Assembly: GCA_050287085.1 (NCBI GenBank)
Contig: JBNKBE010000017.1
Location: 32,419-96,418 of the forward strand
Direction: 5' to 3'
DNA: 64,000 nucleotides
Origin: Polyangiaceae bacterium
GTDB lineage: Bacteria > Myxococcota_A > Polyangia > Polyangiales > Polyangiaceae
The number at the start of each line of letters is the position of its first letter. The stretch's first letter is position 1. The translations under genes were made by a program, and so were the position numbers. This document shows, one piece after another, positions 1-10,057 of the stretch. The notes beneath the pieces are model-generated. The model was given only the letters and a program-made list of their open reading frames with translations. It was not told the origin of the DNA and made no database searches.

Positions 1-221
1 CCCACTACTTCGAGGGCAGCCGAGTGCTCGCGAGGACACGGCATCTTTGAAGCGCTATTCGCCTACGTGGGGAGCATCGCTGGCGGCGACGGACACTGAG
101 TCACGACGGACGGCGGTGTGTCGGTTGTATGGCCAGTTGCACCTCCCAAGGCAACTAGATGCGGAAGCATCTGGCGAGCAAGAGCGTATAGGTCGATGCT
201 CAAGGCTCCCTGGGAACTCCA

Positions 222-929
222 ATGAAACAACTACAATACGCAAAGAGCAAAAGCCACGCCGCGACCGGACTGACCTGCCTCGCGCTTCTGGGAACGGCTT
301 GCGCCGGACCGCGAATGGTCGCCCCGGCGGACGTCGCGAGCAGCAGTCGCGTACTCGAAGCCAAAGACCGCAGCAGCGCAACGGGAGCGCTGGTGGACGA
401 GTCATTTAGGCTGGGAGACTGGAAAGTGACGGAGGTGGATCGAGACTGGACCTCAAAGAGCGGCTTCAGCGTTGGCTCCTACGGCCAAGCCGATACCACC
501 ACGGGCTATTCCTATCAGCTCAACGCGAGTAAAACATGGAAGGGCAGCTGCGCCTCGGTGAAAAAGGAGAAAGCCATGGGCAACTTCTCTTTTGGCAACA
601 AGAGCAATCTGCTCTGCGAGTGCAAGACCGGCAAGTCCAGCGTCACGGCCGCCATGAGTGGCTCGAATCCCAAGAAACACGAGAAAGGGGAAATCAAGCT
701 CGGCAGCAAGAAGTACGAACTCAGCGTCATCAATGAAACGGAGGGTAGCAACTTCACGGGTCTGCCCGCAGGATATCGCGTGGACGACAGAGATACGGCC
801 GTCGGCGCTGTTGAAACGCTGAATCCGGGACGGGTTTGGCTGAACAAGGAGCTGGCTGAGGGAGACGCTGAAGCAGTGAGTTGCACCTTAGTGGGCTTGA
901 TGCTCTACGTGCCCCCCTCGGACAACTGA
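222..929 (+). CDS. Hypothetical lipoprotein
   Basis: 235-aa ORF with a basic N-terminus, hydrophobic stretch and lipobox-like LGTAC; body is beta-strand rich. Confidence 0.75.
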   Translation: MKQLQYAKSKSHAATGLTCLALLGTACAGPRMVAPADVASSSRVLEAKDRSSATGALVDESFRLGDWKVTEVDRDWTSKSGFSVGSYGQADTTTGYSYQLNASKTWKGSCASVKKEKAMGNFSFGNKSNLLCECKTGKSSVTAAMSGSNPKKHEKGEIKLGSKKYELSVINETEGSNFTGLPAGYRVDDRDTAVGAVETLNPGRVWLNKELAEGDAEAVSCTLVGLMLYVPPSDN

Positions 930-1036
930 GTTCGCCCGGCGCTTGCGTTGTGCCAAACTGTGCCAAGCCTGGCGCCGGGTCCTGTGGGTCCGGGGCCACG
1001 GGCTTGACTAATCAGCGGGGTGCCTCTGCTTTGCCG

Positions 1037-1053
1037 TTGGCACACTGCCTGCA
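1037..1053 (+). promoter_or_regulatory. Putative sigma-54 (-24/-12) promoter
   Basis: TTGGCACACTGCCTGCA has GG and GC at the canonical spacing, ~43 nt upstream of the ATG at 1096. Tandem TGTGCCAA copies lie at 949-956 and 959-966. Confidence 0.55.
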
Positions 1054-1095
1054 GGAGCATGGGAGCGACCTCTTTGGGTCGCAGAAGGCATCCTC

Positions 1096-4000
1096 ATGCG
1101 AACTCTACCATTTTCCCTTTTTCTTGTGTTTGGCGCCGCCGGCTTGCTCTTGGCGGCCTGCGGCAACCAAGATCCGGCGGACGCGTCGACGCAGTCGACC
1201 GATCCGCAGGATCCCCAGGTCAGCCTGGATGGCGCTTTTGAATCTGCACCCCCGGGTGGCCAAGACAATGGCAACATGGGGCTAAGTGCGGACGCTTCAG
1301 AGAACGGTGCAACCGCAGCCGCGCCCCAGGGCCCAGCGGACGCGAGCAAGACTGGCGCCGAGAGCGTTCAGCGAGCTATCGAAGAAGCCGATATCATCAA
1401 AGTCGACGGCGACACCTTGTACGCGCTGTCGCAATACGGAGGCCTCAGCGTCATCGATATCGGTGATCCGAGCGACTTGCGCCTGCTAGGACGACACAAG
1501 GTCCTAGCCACGCCTTTTGAGATGTACGTCAGAGAAGGCATGGCCTTTGTGTTGTACAACGGCTACGGCGAATACGACTACGACGAGAAGAACGACACAT
1601 ACACTTGGTATCAGACCAGCTATGTTGTCGCCCTAGACACCTCGGACCCCAGCACCATCAAGGAAGCAGGGCGTTTCCCCGTGGCCGGCTACATCTCGGA
1701 TTCTCGCATCGTTGGAGACATCTTGTACGTGGCCGCCTTCGAAGACGGCTATTGCTGGGGTTGTGGGAACACCCCTAAAACGAACCTGATATCGCTGGAT
1801 GTGTCGAGCCCGAAAGCCATCGCCAAGGTCGACGAGCTGTCGTTTGACGAACCGGACAACACCTACGGCTGGAAGAAAAGTCTCAGCTCGACCGACTCCC
1901 GCCTGTATATCGCAGGTCCAGCCTGGGGCGCTCAGGAGGAGCCGGAAGGCTCTGAAATCCAGATCGTCGACATTTCTGACGCGGGCGGGGACATGAAGCT
2001 CGGCGCGAGCGTGACCGTCGCTGGGCAGATCGAAAGCCGCTGGCAGATGGACGAACACGAAGGCGTACTGCGGGTAATCAGTCAGCCATTCGCCTGGCGC
2101 ACCGACATGGTGCCCGTGATTGAAACCTTCAGCATCGAGTCGTCAGAAAAGCTCACGGAGCTGGGGCAACTGTCGATGAAGCTGCCACGTCCCGAGCGCC
2201 TGCAGACCGTACGCTTCGATGGTGAGCGGGCCTACGCCATCACGTTCGAGCAGACGGATCCACTGTTTACCATCGACTTGAGCGACCCTGCTTTCCCCAA
2301 ACAAGCAGGTGAACTCGAGATGCCAGGGTGGGTCTACTACATGCACCCAGCGGGTGAACGCGTACTGGGTCTCGGCTTTGATCAGGGCAATAGCAGCGGT
2401 GGCCTCACCGTATCGCTCTTCGATGTGAGCGATCTGTCCTCCCCTGCAATGCTGGACCGTGTCAATTTCGGTGGTCAATGGGCGTCACTGGCGGAAGACC
2501 AGGACCGCATTCACAAGGCATTCAACATATTGGATGACCAAGATCTCATCTTGGTGCCATTCTCCGGTTGGTCCTATCCTGAGGACAGCTCAGCGGACTC
2601 CTGTGCTCCGGGTCAGTACCAAAGCGGCGTGCAACTCATCGATTGGGACGACGCCAAGGACGCCTTGACCCTGCGTGGGGTTGCGCCATCACGCGGCCAA
2701 GCGCGTCGCGGCTTCATACACGACGATCACTTGTTTGCGATGAGTGATGACCGTTTGGAAACCTTTGATATCGACGACCGCGACGCCCCCGCAACTACCG
2801 ACGGTCTGTCACTGGCGCTGCGAGTCAATCAGAGCGCTGGTGATTCGAATGCGCTGGTTAGAATCGGATACGATTGGTGGAGCGGGGTTCCCGAAGTTAC
2901 GGTGTCGCCGCTAGCCTCGGCGATGGAACCGGAAGCGGCGGTCGAACTCGAGCTGCCGCAGGTGGGGGAACAGTCCTGCAATTCCGGCTCTTACCTGAGC
3001 GATGTCCGCGCCGGCGATGGCAAGGTCTATGTCCTGTACCAGACCTATGACTACAATCCGTCAACGGGAAACGCAAAGGAGTCCACACGGATCATTACCC
3101 TGGACACTGAAGACCCCGCTGTGCCCAAGGTCGTGGGTGATACCGAGTTGGGTTTTAGGCCCAGCTACTACTATGGATATACCCCGGGCTTGGTGAGCAG
3201 CGGTGTAGGGCTCGTGAGCACGGGCAATACCCTGGTGTTTTCCGACTACCAGTACAGCTTCGACGACCGTACCGGGTCGGAAAGCGCGGAGTCATTCGGT
3301 CTTCAGATTGTTGACATGAAGAAGCCGAAGGCCCCCTCAGTCTCCTACGTGAAGCTGCCCCTCGGACTGGGTGCTACCGGGCTGTTGCTCGCGGGGAATA
3401 TCGTATCCACCAGTCATTTCGAGGAGTCGCCGAGCGACAAGAGCCGGGTCCGCTTCTACCTCGACCGCGTCGATATAAGCGACCCCGCTCACCCCGAGGC
3501 ACTCCCCAAGGTCAATATTCCAGGCTCTCTCCTAGCGTACGATGCTGCTTCGGAAAACGCGATTACTGTGGATTATCACGAGACCCTCGTGGACACCACG
3601 GCCCGTCAGTGTGCGGAGAAGGAGTTCGGGTGGTTCGAGTACCCGGAGAGCGGCGGCGAATTTGACTACGAACGAAGCCGAGTACAATGCCACCGCATCA
3701 CTCAAACCCTGCGTCTAGTCACCATAGCAAAGGGCGTAGCGACAGTGGTCGATAGCTACGCGCTAGCCAAAGGAGAGTCGGTTGGGTCGACGGCGTTGGG
3801 CGACGACCGCGCTTTCGTTGCCCTGAGCAGAGGCTCCTACTACTACCGGGGTGACGTTTCCGATGTCGCGATTGGCCCTGGCTATTATGGCGGCTACTCC
3901 GGATTTGCCTCGCAGGGTGCAGAGCTGCTCATCCTGGGAGGCCTGCGCAGCGGGTCGTTTGAAGCGTCGCGCATGACGCTTGACGCCGGCGACTCCTACT

Positions 4001-4218
4001 ACGGCTACATCAGTCACTTGGTGGCCGCGGGCAAGAAGGCGCTCGTCGACACGGGGTGGCGGGGTCAGCTCACGGTGATCGATGCAAAAGACGCGCTGGC
4101 GCCCAAAATAACGCGGCAGGTAGACCTCGCGGGCTACCTCAACGACCTCGATGTCATCGACAACGTGGCGGTGGCGTCCATGGGATACGACGGGCTCCAA
4201 GTCGTGCCGCTGGACTGA
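1096..4218 (+). CDS. Secreted beta-propeller domain lipoprotein (COG4880/Beta_propel-like)
   Basis: Lipobox LLAAC. Motifs EADIIKVDG, DSRIVGDILY, WQMDEHEGVLRV, VRFDGERAYAITFEQTDPLFTIDLSDP and GELEMPGW are typical of this family. Confidence 0.85.
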   Translation: MRTLPFSLFLVFGAAGLLLAACGNQDPADASTQSTDPQDPQVSLDGAFESAPPGGQDNGNMGLSADASENGATAAAPQGPADASKTGAESVQRAIEEADIIKVDGDTLYALSQYGGLSVIDIGDPSDLRLLGRHKVLATPFEMYVREGMAFVLYNGYGEYDYDEKNDTYTWYQTSYVVALDTSDPSTIKEAGRFPVAGYISDSRIVGDILYVAAFEDGYCWGCGNTPKTNLISLDVSSPKAIAKVDELSFDEPDNTYGWKKSLSSTDSRLYIAGPAWGAQEEPEGSEIQIVDISDAGGDMKLGASVTVAGQIESRWQMDEHEGVLRVISQPFAWRTDMVPVIETFSIESSEKLTELGQLSMKLPRPERLQTVRFDGERAYAITFEQTDPLFTIDLSDPAFPKQAGELEMPGWVYYMHPAGERVLGLGFDQGNSSGGLTVSLFDVSDLSSPAMLDRVNFGGQWASLAEDQDRIHKAFNILDDQDLILVPFSGWSYPEDSSADSCAPGQYQSGVQLIDWDDAKDALTLRGVAPSRGQARRGFIHDDHLFAMSDDRLETFDIDDRDAPATTDGLSLALRVNQSAGDSNALVRIGYDWWSGVPEVTVSPLASAMEPEAAVELELPQVGEQSCNSGSYLSDVRAGDGKVYVLYQTYDYNPSTGNAKESTRIITLDTEDPAVPKVVGDTELGFRPSYYYGYTPGLVSSGVGLVSTGNTLVFSDYQYSFDDRTGSESAESFGLQIVDMKKPKAPSVSYVKLPLGLGATGLLLAGNIVSTSHFEESPSDKSRVRFYLDRVDISDPAHPEALPKVNIPGSLLAYDAASENAITVDYHETLVDTTARQCAEKEFGWFEYPESGGEFDYERSRVQCHRITQTLRLVTIAKGVATVVDSYALAKGESVGSTALGDDRAFVALSRGSYYYRGDVSDVAIGPGYYGGYSGFASQGAELLILGGLRSGSFEASRMTLDAGDSYYGYISHLVAAGKKALVDTGWRGQLTVIDAKDALAPKITRQVDLAGYLNDLDVIDNVAVASMGYDGLQVVPLD

Positions 4219-4241
4219 AGTCCAAAACCCGTGCCCCAGCC

Positions 4242-4283
4242 AGACCAGCCTCGGAGCGAACTCGCCCCGAGGCTGGTCTTTCC
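4242..4283 (+). terminator. Probable intrinsic terminator
   Basis: 13-bp inverted repeat agaccagcctcgg (4242-4254) / ccgaggctggtct (4267-4279) starting 24 nt after the stop, followed by a short pyrimidine run. Confidence 0.6.
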
Positions 4284-4730
4284 TTAGGGCGCGCCTCGTG
4301 AACCCCTGAAGGAGGCCCGCGCCTCTCCTGGCGGAGTCGGCCCCTGCCGGCCACTCTGGCGGCGCTGCAGGACGCGGGGTTGAGGGCGCTCAATCTATTT
4401 CACCGATTCGCGCCGCAAGACGTTGGAGATGGGACGGCGAACGGCTAGAGCCCGCGCGACGGCAGACACCCGTGGCTCGGGATGGGGATGGTGGCGTGCG
4501 CGGACGCGCCCAGCGGGGGGCGCCCTCGCCCCTCGCGCAATATTTTCGCCCACCGTCGACCGGTCGCGTCGTCTTGTGCTACAGGCAGACTTGAGCGGCC
4601 TACGACGACCGGACTACTCCCTCTGGCGGCTACGGTTCTGTGCCTCGGTGCCGTTCCAGCCCTCGGAGAGAGTATTCGCATTTCTCACAGCAAACAGAAG
4701 TTGCCCTTGACAGCGCGCGAGAAGGACGGA

Positions 4731-5189
4731 ATGTGTGCGCCGGTGGCAGAGACTGCGCAAGCACGAACCAACTCCCTTGGGGGAGCCTCGGTCCTGTTGT
4801 GCCTAGCGCATTCGCTATCGCGCTTCATCTTGAAGCCGCTTGGTGTTCTAGCCATGGCTGTGTGCCTGCTGCTGGGCACGCTGGGAACCCATGCCGTCAA
4901 CGGCGTCGCTTCGGTACTGGCAGCCAACGCCGAAGACGACGTCGAGTTTGAGCTCTTTGACGAGAACCTAACGGGGGAAGTCGAAGAATGTGCTGCCGAC
5001 GATGGGCTAGACAGAAGCGAGCTAACGGCTTTTTTCGCCGCTGTGCACCTGACCCCAACGGGACTCAGAGGCTCCCTCACATCAGGCCATAGCGCAGGCG
5101 AAGGGCTACGGATAGAGGCGGCTTCTTACTCTGTCTCCCAGGCGCGTGCTCCACCGCGGTGGCTGGCTTCGTTTGGGCTCAATCTCTAG
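4731..5189 (+). CDS. Small membrane/secreted protein with C-terminal RAPP motif (candidate leader/arrest peptide)
   Basis: Hydrophobic segment LGVLAMAVCLLLGTL, acidic linker, then QARAPP 10 residues before the stop. Start is uncertain (ATG 4731 or GTG 4743). Confidence 0.5.
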   Translation: MCAPVAETAQARTNSLGGASVLLCLAHSLSRFILKPLGVLAMAVCLLLGTLGTHAVNGVASVLAANAEDDVEFELFDENLTGEVEECAADDGLDRSELTAFFAAVHLTPTGLRGSLTSGHSAGEGLRIEAASYSVSQARAPPRWLASFGLNL

Positions 5190-5528
5190 ATCTCCAAGGT
5201 CAACCTCGCGCCCTCCGCCGCTACCACCGTACAAATTGGTGCGGGGCCGGGTCGTGCGTGAGCTGACATGTGACTGACGCTATCGCGATACGCGAGCGCA
5301 TCAACGGCATGCCTAGAGTATAGAGTTGTCCAGGTGCGTCGTTCAACATGAGCAACGCCGCATCAAACGCACATTCCCCGCGCTGAACATAGGCGCCCGC
5401 GGCCTGCTGGGCCCGCGCTGGCTCTGCCTCGTTCTCCCCCTATCTCAAATGTTCGTTGCTGGAGCAGCGTTGCTGTCCCGGCACCTTGTGGTCATTCCAC
5501 AGGCCCTGTTTCTTCCGAGGTATTTGCT

Positions 5529-7115
5529 GTGTCACAGTCAAAAGCCCCTTCTCCCAATCATTGGGCAGCCGACATCAAGTCGGGATTTCTCATCTTCCTC
5601 ATCGCCATGCCGCTGTGCCTGGGCATCGCAATGGCCAGCGGCTTTCCGCCGGTCGCTGGCGTGCTCACTGCCATCGTCGGTGGCGTCGTGGCTTCTTTCC
5701 TAGGCAGCGCCCCTCTCACAATCAAAGGTCCCGCAGCTGGGCTCATTGTCATCGCCCTCGGTACGGTCCAGGAATTGGGCCAAGGGGACCTAGCGCTCGG
5801 CTATCGTCGGGCGCTGGCGGTGGGAGTCTGCGCGGCTTCATTGCAAGTCTTGTTATCGCTGTTGCGCGCTGCCACGGTCGGTGTCGTGATGTCGCCGTCC
5901 GTGGTGCATGGAATGCTGGCGGCGATCGGTGTCATCATCATTTCCAAACAAGTACACGTCATGCTCGGCGTTAGCCCAGAGGGCGCCGAACCGCTTGAAC
6001 TGCTTGCGCAAATACCCCACAGCTTGCGGCATGCGAATCCAGCGATTGCCGCTATCGGTGTGGTCGCCGCGGTCGTGCTATTTGGCCTGCCCCGGCTCAA
6101 GCACCGATGGGTCAAGGCCGTACCGACACCGATGGTGGTGTTGGCGCTCGCGGTCCCACTCGGCCTCTACTTCAACCTCGGTCAGCAGCATACGTATCAA
6201 ATGTCTGGCGCCGAGTTCGAAGTAGGTCCCCGATTCCTCGTCAACCTGCCTGGCTCACTGCTCGACGCCCTGACCTTCCCGGACTTCTCCGTCGTCTTCA
6301 GCGCAGCGTCACTCAAGTACGTCCTGATGTTCACGCTCGTCGGCACCATTGAATCCACGTTGAGCGTCCTTGCGGTCGACGCGATGGATCCAGAAAAACG
6401 TCCTTCAAACCTCAACCGCGACTTATTCGCAGCCGGCGTTGGAAACCTCATTTCGGCCTTCATCGGGGGGCTGCCGATGATTTCCGAGATTGTTCGTAGC
6501 AAAGCCAATATAGATGCCGGCGCCAAGTCCGCGTGGGCGAACTTCAGCCATGGTCTGTTTCTGCTGGTGTTCGTCTCGTTGGTCCCCCACTGGTTGCACC
6601 ACATACCGCTCGCGGCTTTGGCGGCCATGCTGGTCTACACCGGAGCCAGATTGGCTTCACCCAAGGAATTCGCGCACGCAAAGGCCGTGGGTTTGGATCA
6701 GCTGGCCTTGTTCCTAACCACCCTCGTCGTCACCTTGGCTAGCGACCTACTCATCGGCGTCGGCGTCGGCATCGCCCTCGAGGTAGTCCTGCATGCGGCT
6801 CGCGGAGCCTCTCCGTCCACGCTATTTCGAACCAAGGTGGAAAGCAACCAAACAGGGAATGAGCTGACTGTCACACTGCGGGGCGCCGCCGCATTTCCGA
6901 GCTTGCTAGCTGTGCGTAGGCTCTTCGGGAGCCTTGCTCCGGAGATTGAAACCGTCTACCTCGACCTACATGACGTCGTCATCGCGGACCACACGTTCCT
7001 GAGTCGAGTTGATGCCATGGCCGATGAATGGCCGCGAGCCAAGCTTGAAATCGTGGGCGTCGAGGACCTGAGAGCGGCTTCTCCGCACCCGCACGCCACG
7101 AGGAGGAGAGTCTGA
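5529..7115 (+). CDS. SulP/SLC26 family anion (probably bicarbonate) transporter with C-terminal STAS-like domain
   Basis: DIKSGFLIFLIAMPLCLGIAMASG, IKGPAAGL, GGLPMISEIVRS and IPLAALAAML motifs; many TM segments. Confidence 0.92.
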   Translation: MSQSKAPSPNHWAADIKSGFLIFLIAMPLCLGIAMASGFPPVAGVLTAIVGGVVASFLGSAPLTIKGPAAGLIVIALGTVQELGQGDLALGYRRALAVGVCAASLQVLLSLLRAATVGVVMSPSVVHGMLAAIGVIIISKQVHVMLGVSPEGAEPLELLAQIPHSLRHANPAIAAIGVVAAVVLFGLPRLKHRWVKAVPTPMVVLALAVPLGLYFNLGQQHTYQMSGAEFEVGPRFLVNLPGSLLDALTFPDFSVVFSAASLKYVLMFTLVGTIESTLSVLAVDAMDPEKRPSNLNRDLFAAGVGNLISAFIGGLPMISEIVRSKANIDAGAKSAWANFSHGLFLLVFVSLVPHWLHHIPLAALAAMLVYTGARLASPKEFAHAKAVGLDQLALFLTTLVVTLASDLLIGVGVGIALEVVLHAARGASPSTLFRTKVESNQTGNELTVTLRGAAAFPSLLAVRRLFGSLAPEIETVYLDLHDVVIADHTFLSRVDAMADEWPRAKLEIVGVEDLRAASPHPHATRRRV

Positions 7116-7117
7116 CC

Positions 7118-10057
7118 TTGAGTCATCATAAGTCGCCCGGAACGGGCAGTCCGGTTCTGGATATGGTTGAGCGAGCCGCTTGGGTCTTGCCGGAACAAGG
7201 TCCTCTCGCCAGCTTCGTGCACCACAATACGCTGCACGCGTTCGAGCATCTGCCCTTCGAACAGGCCGTGGTTGAAGCGTCCCGACGCTTCGGCACCGAG
7301 CCGTTCATGAGCGAAAGCGCATTTTCGGCACATGTAGAGAGCGGGCGTATCACCCCTAGGGACATTCAAGACGTCGTCGCACAGCACGCGCCTGAACCGG
7401 AAGCCGTCGCCTTTCCGGGAGGACCGTCGCGAGCTCATTGGCTGGAAGCCAGGCTACTTCAGTACTTCGAAGTTCCGCGTGGTCAAGCATTGAACTGGGT
7501 CCTTGCCGAAACGGACGCTCTGAGAAGCATTCATCCAAAAGCTTCCCCCCTGCGCAAGGACGCCATCGAGAAGAGCGCTCGCGCTACCTTTGGTGAAACC
7601 CAGAGCAGCCTATCCTCGCTACTGACCGCGGTATTCGAGTCTCTCAAGCGACATAGCCCTGAGCAAAGGCATCAGACGCGGCGCGTGCGACGGCGCGACC
7701 AATTGCTTGAACATCTCGGGATAGATACGGACCAGCTCGTTCATCCCTTGCTGCTTCGCTGCGCCGGCTCCTATTTGGATCAAGGTGTTGCCTACTGGCA
7801 GTTGCCTGATCAGAAAGCCACCTTCCTCGATGCCTTTCGACAACTCTACGGTCAGGGCTTTGGTCCACCCGACAGTTGGCTACGGGGGCTTTCCAAGCAG
7901 CTGAAGGAGCAGCAGGCGGAGTGTTGGTCTGCGGCTCGCACCATTGAGTGGTGCTTGACGCAGCTGCGCATTCCTGAAGCGCAATGGCAACTCTATACTG
8001 AAGAAACCCTCTTGAGCCTTCGCGGATGGGCCGGCATGTTTCGCCAGTTCGAGGTGCACCCGGAACGTGCGCCGGTGCGTCCCCGACCGGCGCGCCTCGC
8101 CGACTACTTGGCAGTGCAGCTCCTCTTGGATCTGCAAGCCGTTACGAGAACGTTAGCGGACTCGCTTGGCACCGAAACGTCGATCGACGTGTTGGATCCG
8201 TACCAAGAAGTCGAGGTCCTTCGCCCAGGACAAGAACTAGCCTACGAGAGCTTTCTTTGTGCACAACTGGCAGACTTTGCGCTTGAAGCACTGCTCAAGG
8301 ACGACAACGCCCAAGCCTGGCTCCGAGAGGTTCGCAGCTTCGACGAACTCGAACGGCGCAAGTGGTTGCATCTGGCCTTTGAGCGGCGGCACCGAGTGGA
8401 AGTGCTCGACGGCGCAGCGGCCCACGCAAAGCTCAGCAAACGCGCCCCTTCCCAGTCACGCGGGAACACGCCCCGTTTCCAAGCGGTGTTTTGTATCGAC
8501 GAGCGCGAAGAGTCGTTCCGACGACACCTCGAGGAGCTCTTACCAGAGCTCGAAACCCTGGGAGCCGCTGGCTTCTACGGAGTAGCGATGCAGTACCAGG
8601 GGCTCGAGGATGTCCGTCCGCGACCGCTGTGCCCTGTCTCAATCCAAGCCCGACACCTCGTGCGCGAGGTTGCAGAAACAAACGCGGCAGCCGATGACTA
8701 CCGTAGCGCACTCAAGCGCCGAGGTAAGCTCTCCCACTCCCTTTGGATTGGCCGTAGGACACTGGCGCGCGGCGGCCTGATCTCCGCCTATCTAGGTCTC
8801 ACTCAGATGATCCCGCTGGTGGCGCGCTCGGTTTTTCCGCGCCTAGCAGAACACTGGTCGCATCGCATGTCCCATGCGGAGCGACCGAAGACCCGTTTGC
8901 TCCTGAAGCGCAAAGAGGGTGAGGGAGAATCCGAAGCTCTGCTCCCAGGGTACACCGTCGCTGAGATGGCTGACGTCGTCGATGACATGCTCCGAACGAT
9001 GGGGATCTCACAACGCTTGGCGCCCCTCGTCTTGATTGTCGGACATGGTTCTTCAAGTTTGAACAACCCCCATGAAGCCGCTCACGATTGCGGCGCAACG
9101 GGAGGCGGCCGCGGCGGTCCCAACGCGCGAGCGTTTGCACTGATGGCCAATGATCCGGAAGTGCGCCAACTCTTGGCCGAGCGAGGCACCGCCATTCCGG
9201 AGGCCACCTGGTTCGTCGGTAGCTACCACAACACCTGCGACGATTCGATGTCCTACTACGACGAAGAGCAAGTCCCGCATGCTCAACAAGCAGACTATGA
9301 ACGGCTCAAGAATGTGTTCAAGGACGGCTGCAGATACAATGCCCACGAGCGTTGTCGTCGTTTCGAGTCAGCGCCTTCCGACATGACGCTGGAGGCGGCT
9401 CTTGCCCACGCCGAGGCCCACGCAACGGATCTCGGCCAACCTCGACCAGAATATGGACACGCCACCAACGCAGTATGCGTCGTTGGCCGTCGTGACTTGA
9501 CTCGTGGCCTCTTCATGGACCGCCGCGCGTTCCTCGTTTCTTATGATCCATCCGAGGATCCGACGGGCGAACGGCTCGGCGCCCTTCTGCAATCCGTTGG
9601 ACCCGTCGGCGCCGGCATCAACCTCGAGTACTACTTCTCTTTCGTCGACTCCGTGGGCTACGGATGCGGCACCAAGCTGCCGCACAACATCTCAGGCTTA
9701 GTCGGAGTGATGGACGGACACGCGTCGGACCTTCGCACCGGTTTGCCGTGGCAGATGGTGGAGATCCACGAGCCGGTGCGCATGCTCACCATCGTGGAGG
9801 CGCGTCGAGAGGTGCTCGAACGAATCCTGCAGGAACGCCCCTCCGTAGCAGAACTCGTTCTCAATGGCTGGATTCGAGTGGTCGCATGGGAGCCGGACGA
9901 CAAGCTCTACTACTTCGAAGACGGCGCCTTCCATGAGCACGTGCCTGAGAATACCGCCATTCCCATCGTGAACCGTTCGATGGACTTCTATCGAGCCAAA
10001 CGGCACCACCTCGGAGCCGCAAGAATCGAAGCCTCCCTCGCAGGAAGAGTTCAGTGA
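7118..10057 (+). CDS. dabA: DUF2309 inorganic carbon transporter subunit DabA (beta-carbonic-anhydrase-like)
   Basis: PEQGPLASFVHHNTL, FCIDEREES (Cys/Asp Zn ligands), GHGS (His), DCGA (Cys), RPEYGHATNA, INLEYYFS, KLPHN and DLRTGLPWQMV motifs. Confidence 0.93.
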   Translation: MSHHKSPGTGSPVLDMVERAAWVLPEQGPLASFVHHNTLHAFEHLPFEQAVVEASRRFGTEPFMSESAFSAHVESGRITPRDIQDVVAQHAPEPEAVAFPGGPSRAHWLEARLLQYFEVPRGQALNWVLAETDALRSIHPKASPLRKDAIEKSARATFGETQSSLSSLLTAVFESLKRHSPEQRHQTRRVRRRDQLLEHLGIDTDQLVHPLLLRCAGSYLDQGVAYWQLPDQKATFLDAFRQLYGQGFGPPDSWLRGLSKQLKEQQAECWSAARTIEWCLTQLRIPEAQWQLYTEETLLSLRGWAGMFRQFEVHPERAPVRPRPARLADYLAVQLLLDLQAVTRTLADSLGTETSIDVLDPYQEVEVLRPGQELAYESFLCAQLADFALEALLKDDNAQAWLREVRSFDELERRKWLHLAFERRHRVEVLDGAAAHAKLSKRAPSQSRGNTPRFQAVFCIDEREESFRRHLEELLPELETLGAAGFYGVAMQYQGLEDVRPRPLCPVSIQARHLVREVAETNAAADDYRSALKRRGKLSHSLWIGRRTLARGGLISAYLGLTQMIPLVARSVFPRLAEHWSHRMSHAERPKTRLLLKRKEGEGESEALLPGYTVAEMADVVDDMLRTMGISQRLAPLVLIVGHGSSSLNNPHEAAHDCGATGGGRGGPNARAFALMANDPEVRQLLAERGTAIPEATWFVGSYHNTCDDSMSYYDEEQVPHAQQADYERLKNVFKDGCRYNAHERCRRFESAPSDMTLEAALAHAEAHATDLGQPRPEYGHATNAVCVVGRRDLTRGLFMDRRAFLVSYDPSEDPTGERLGALLQSVGPVGAGINLEYYFSFVDSVGYGCGTKLPHNISGLVGVMDGHASDLRTGLPWQMVEIHEPVRMLTIVEARREVLERILQERPSVAELVLNGWIRVVAWEPDDKLYYFEDGAFHEHVPENTAIPIVNRSMDFYRAKRHHLGAARIEASLAGRVQ

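Noticed and set aside
1..221. Possible 3' end of an upstream gene
   Set aside because: Two frames give short open stretches with no motif to choose between them.
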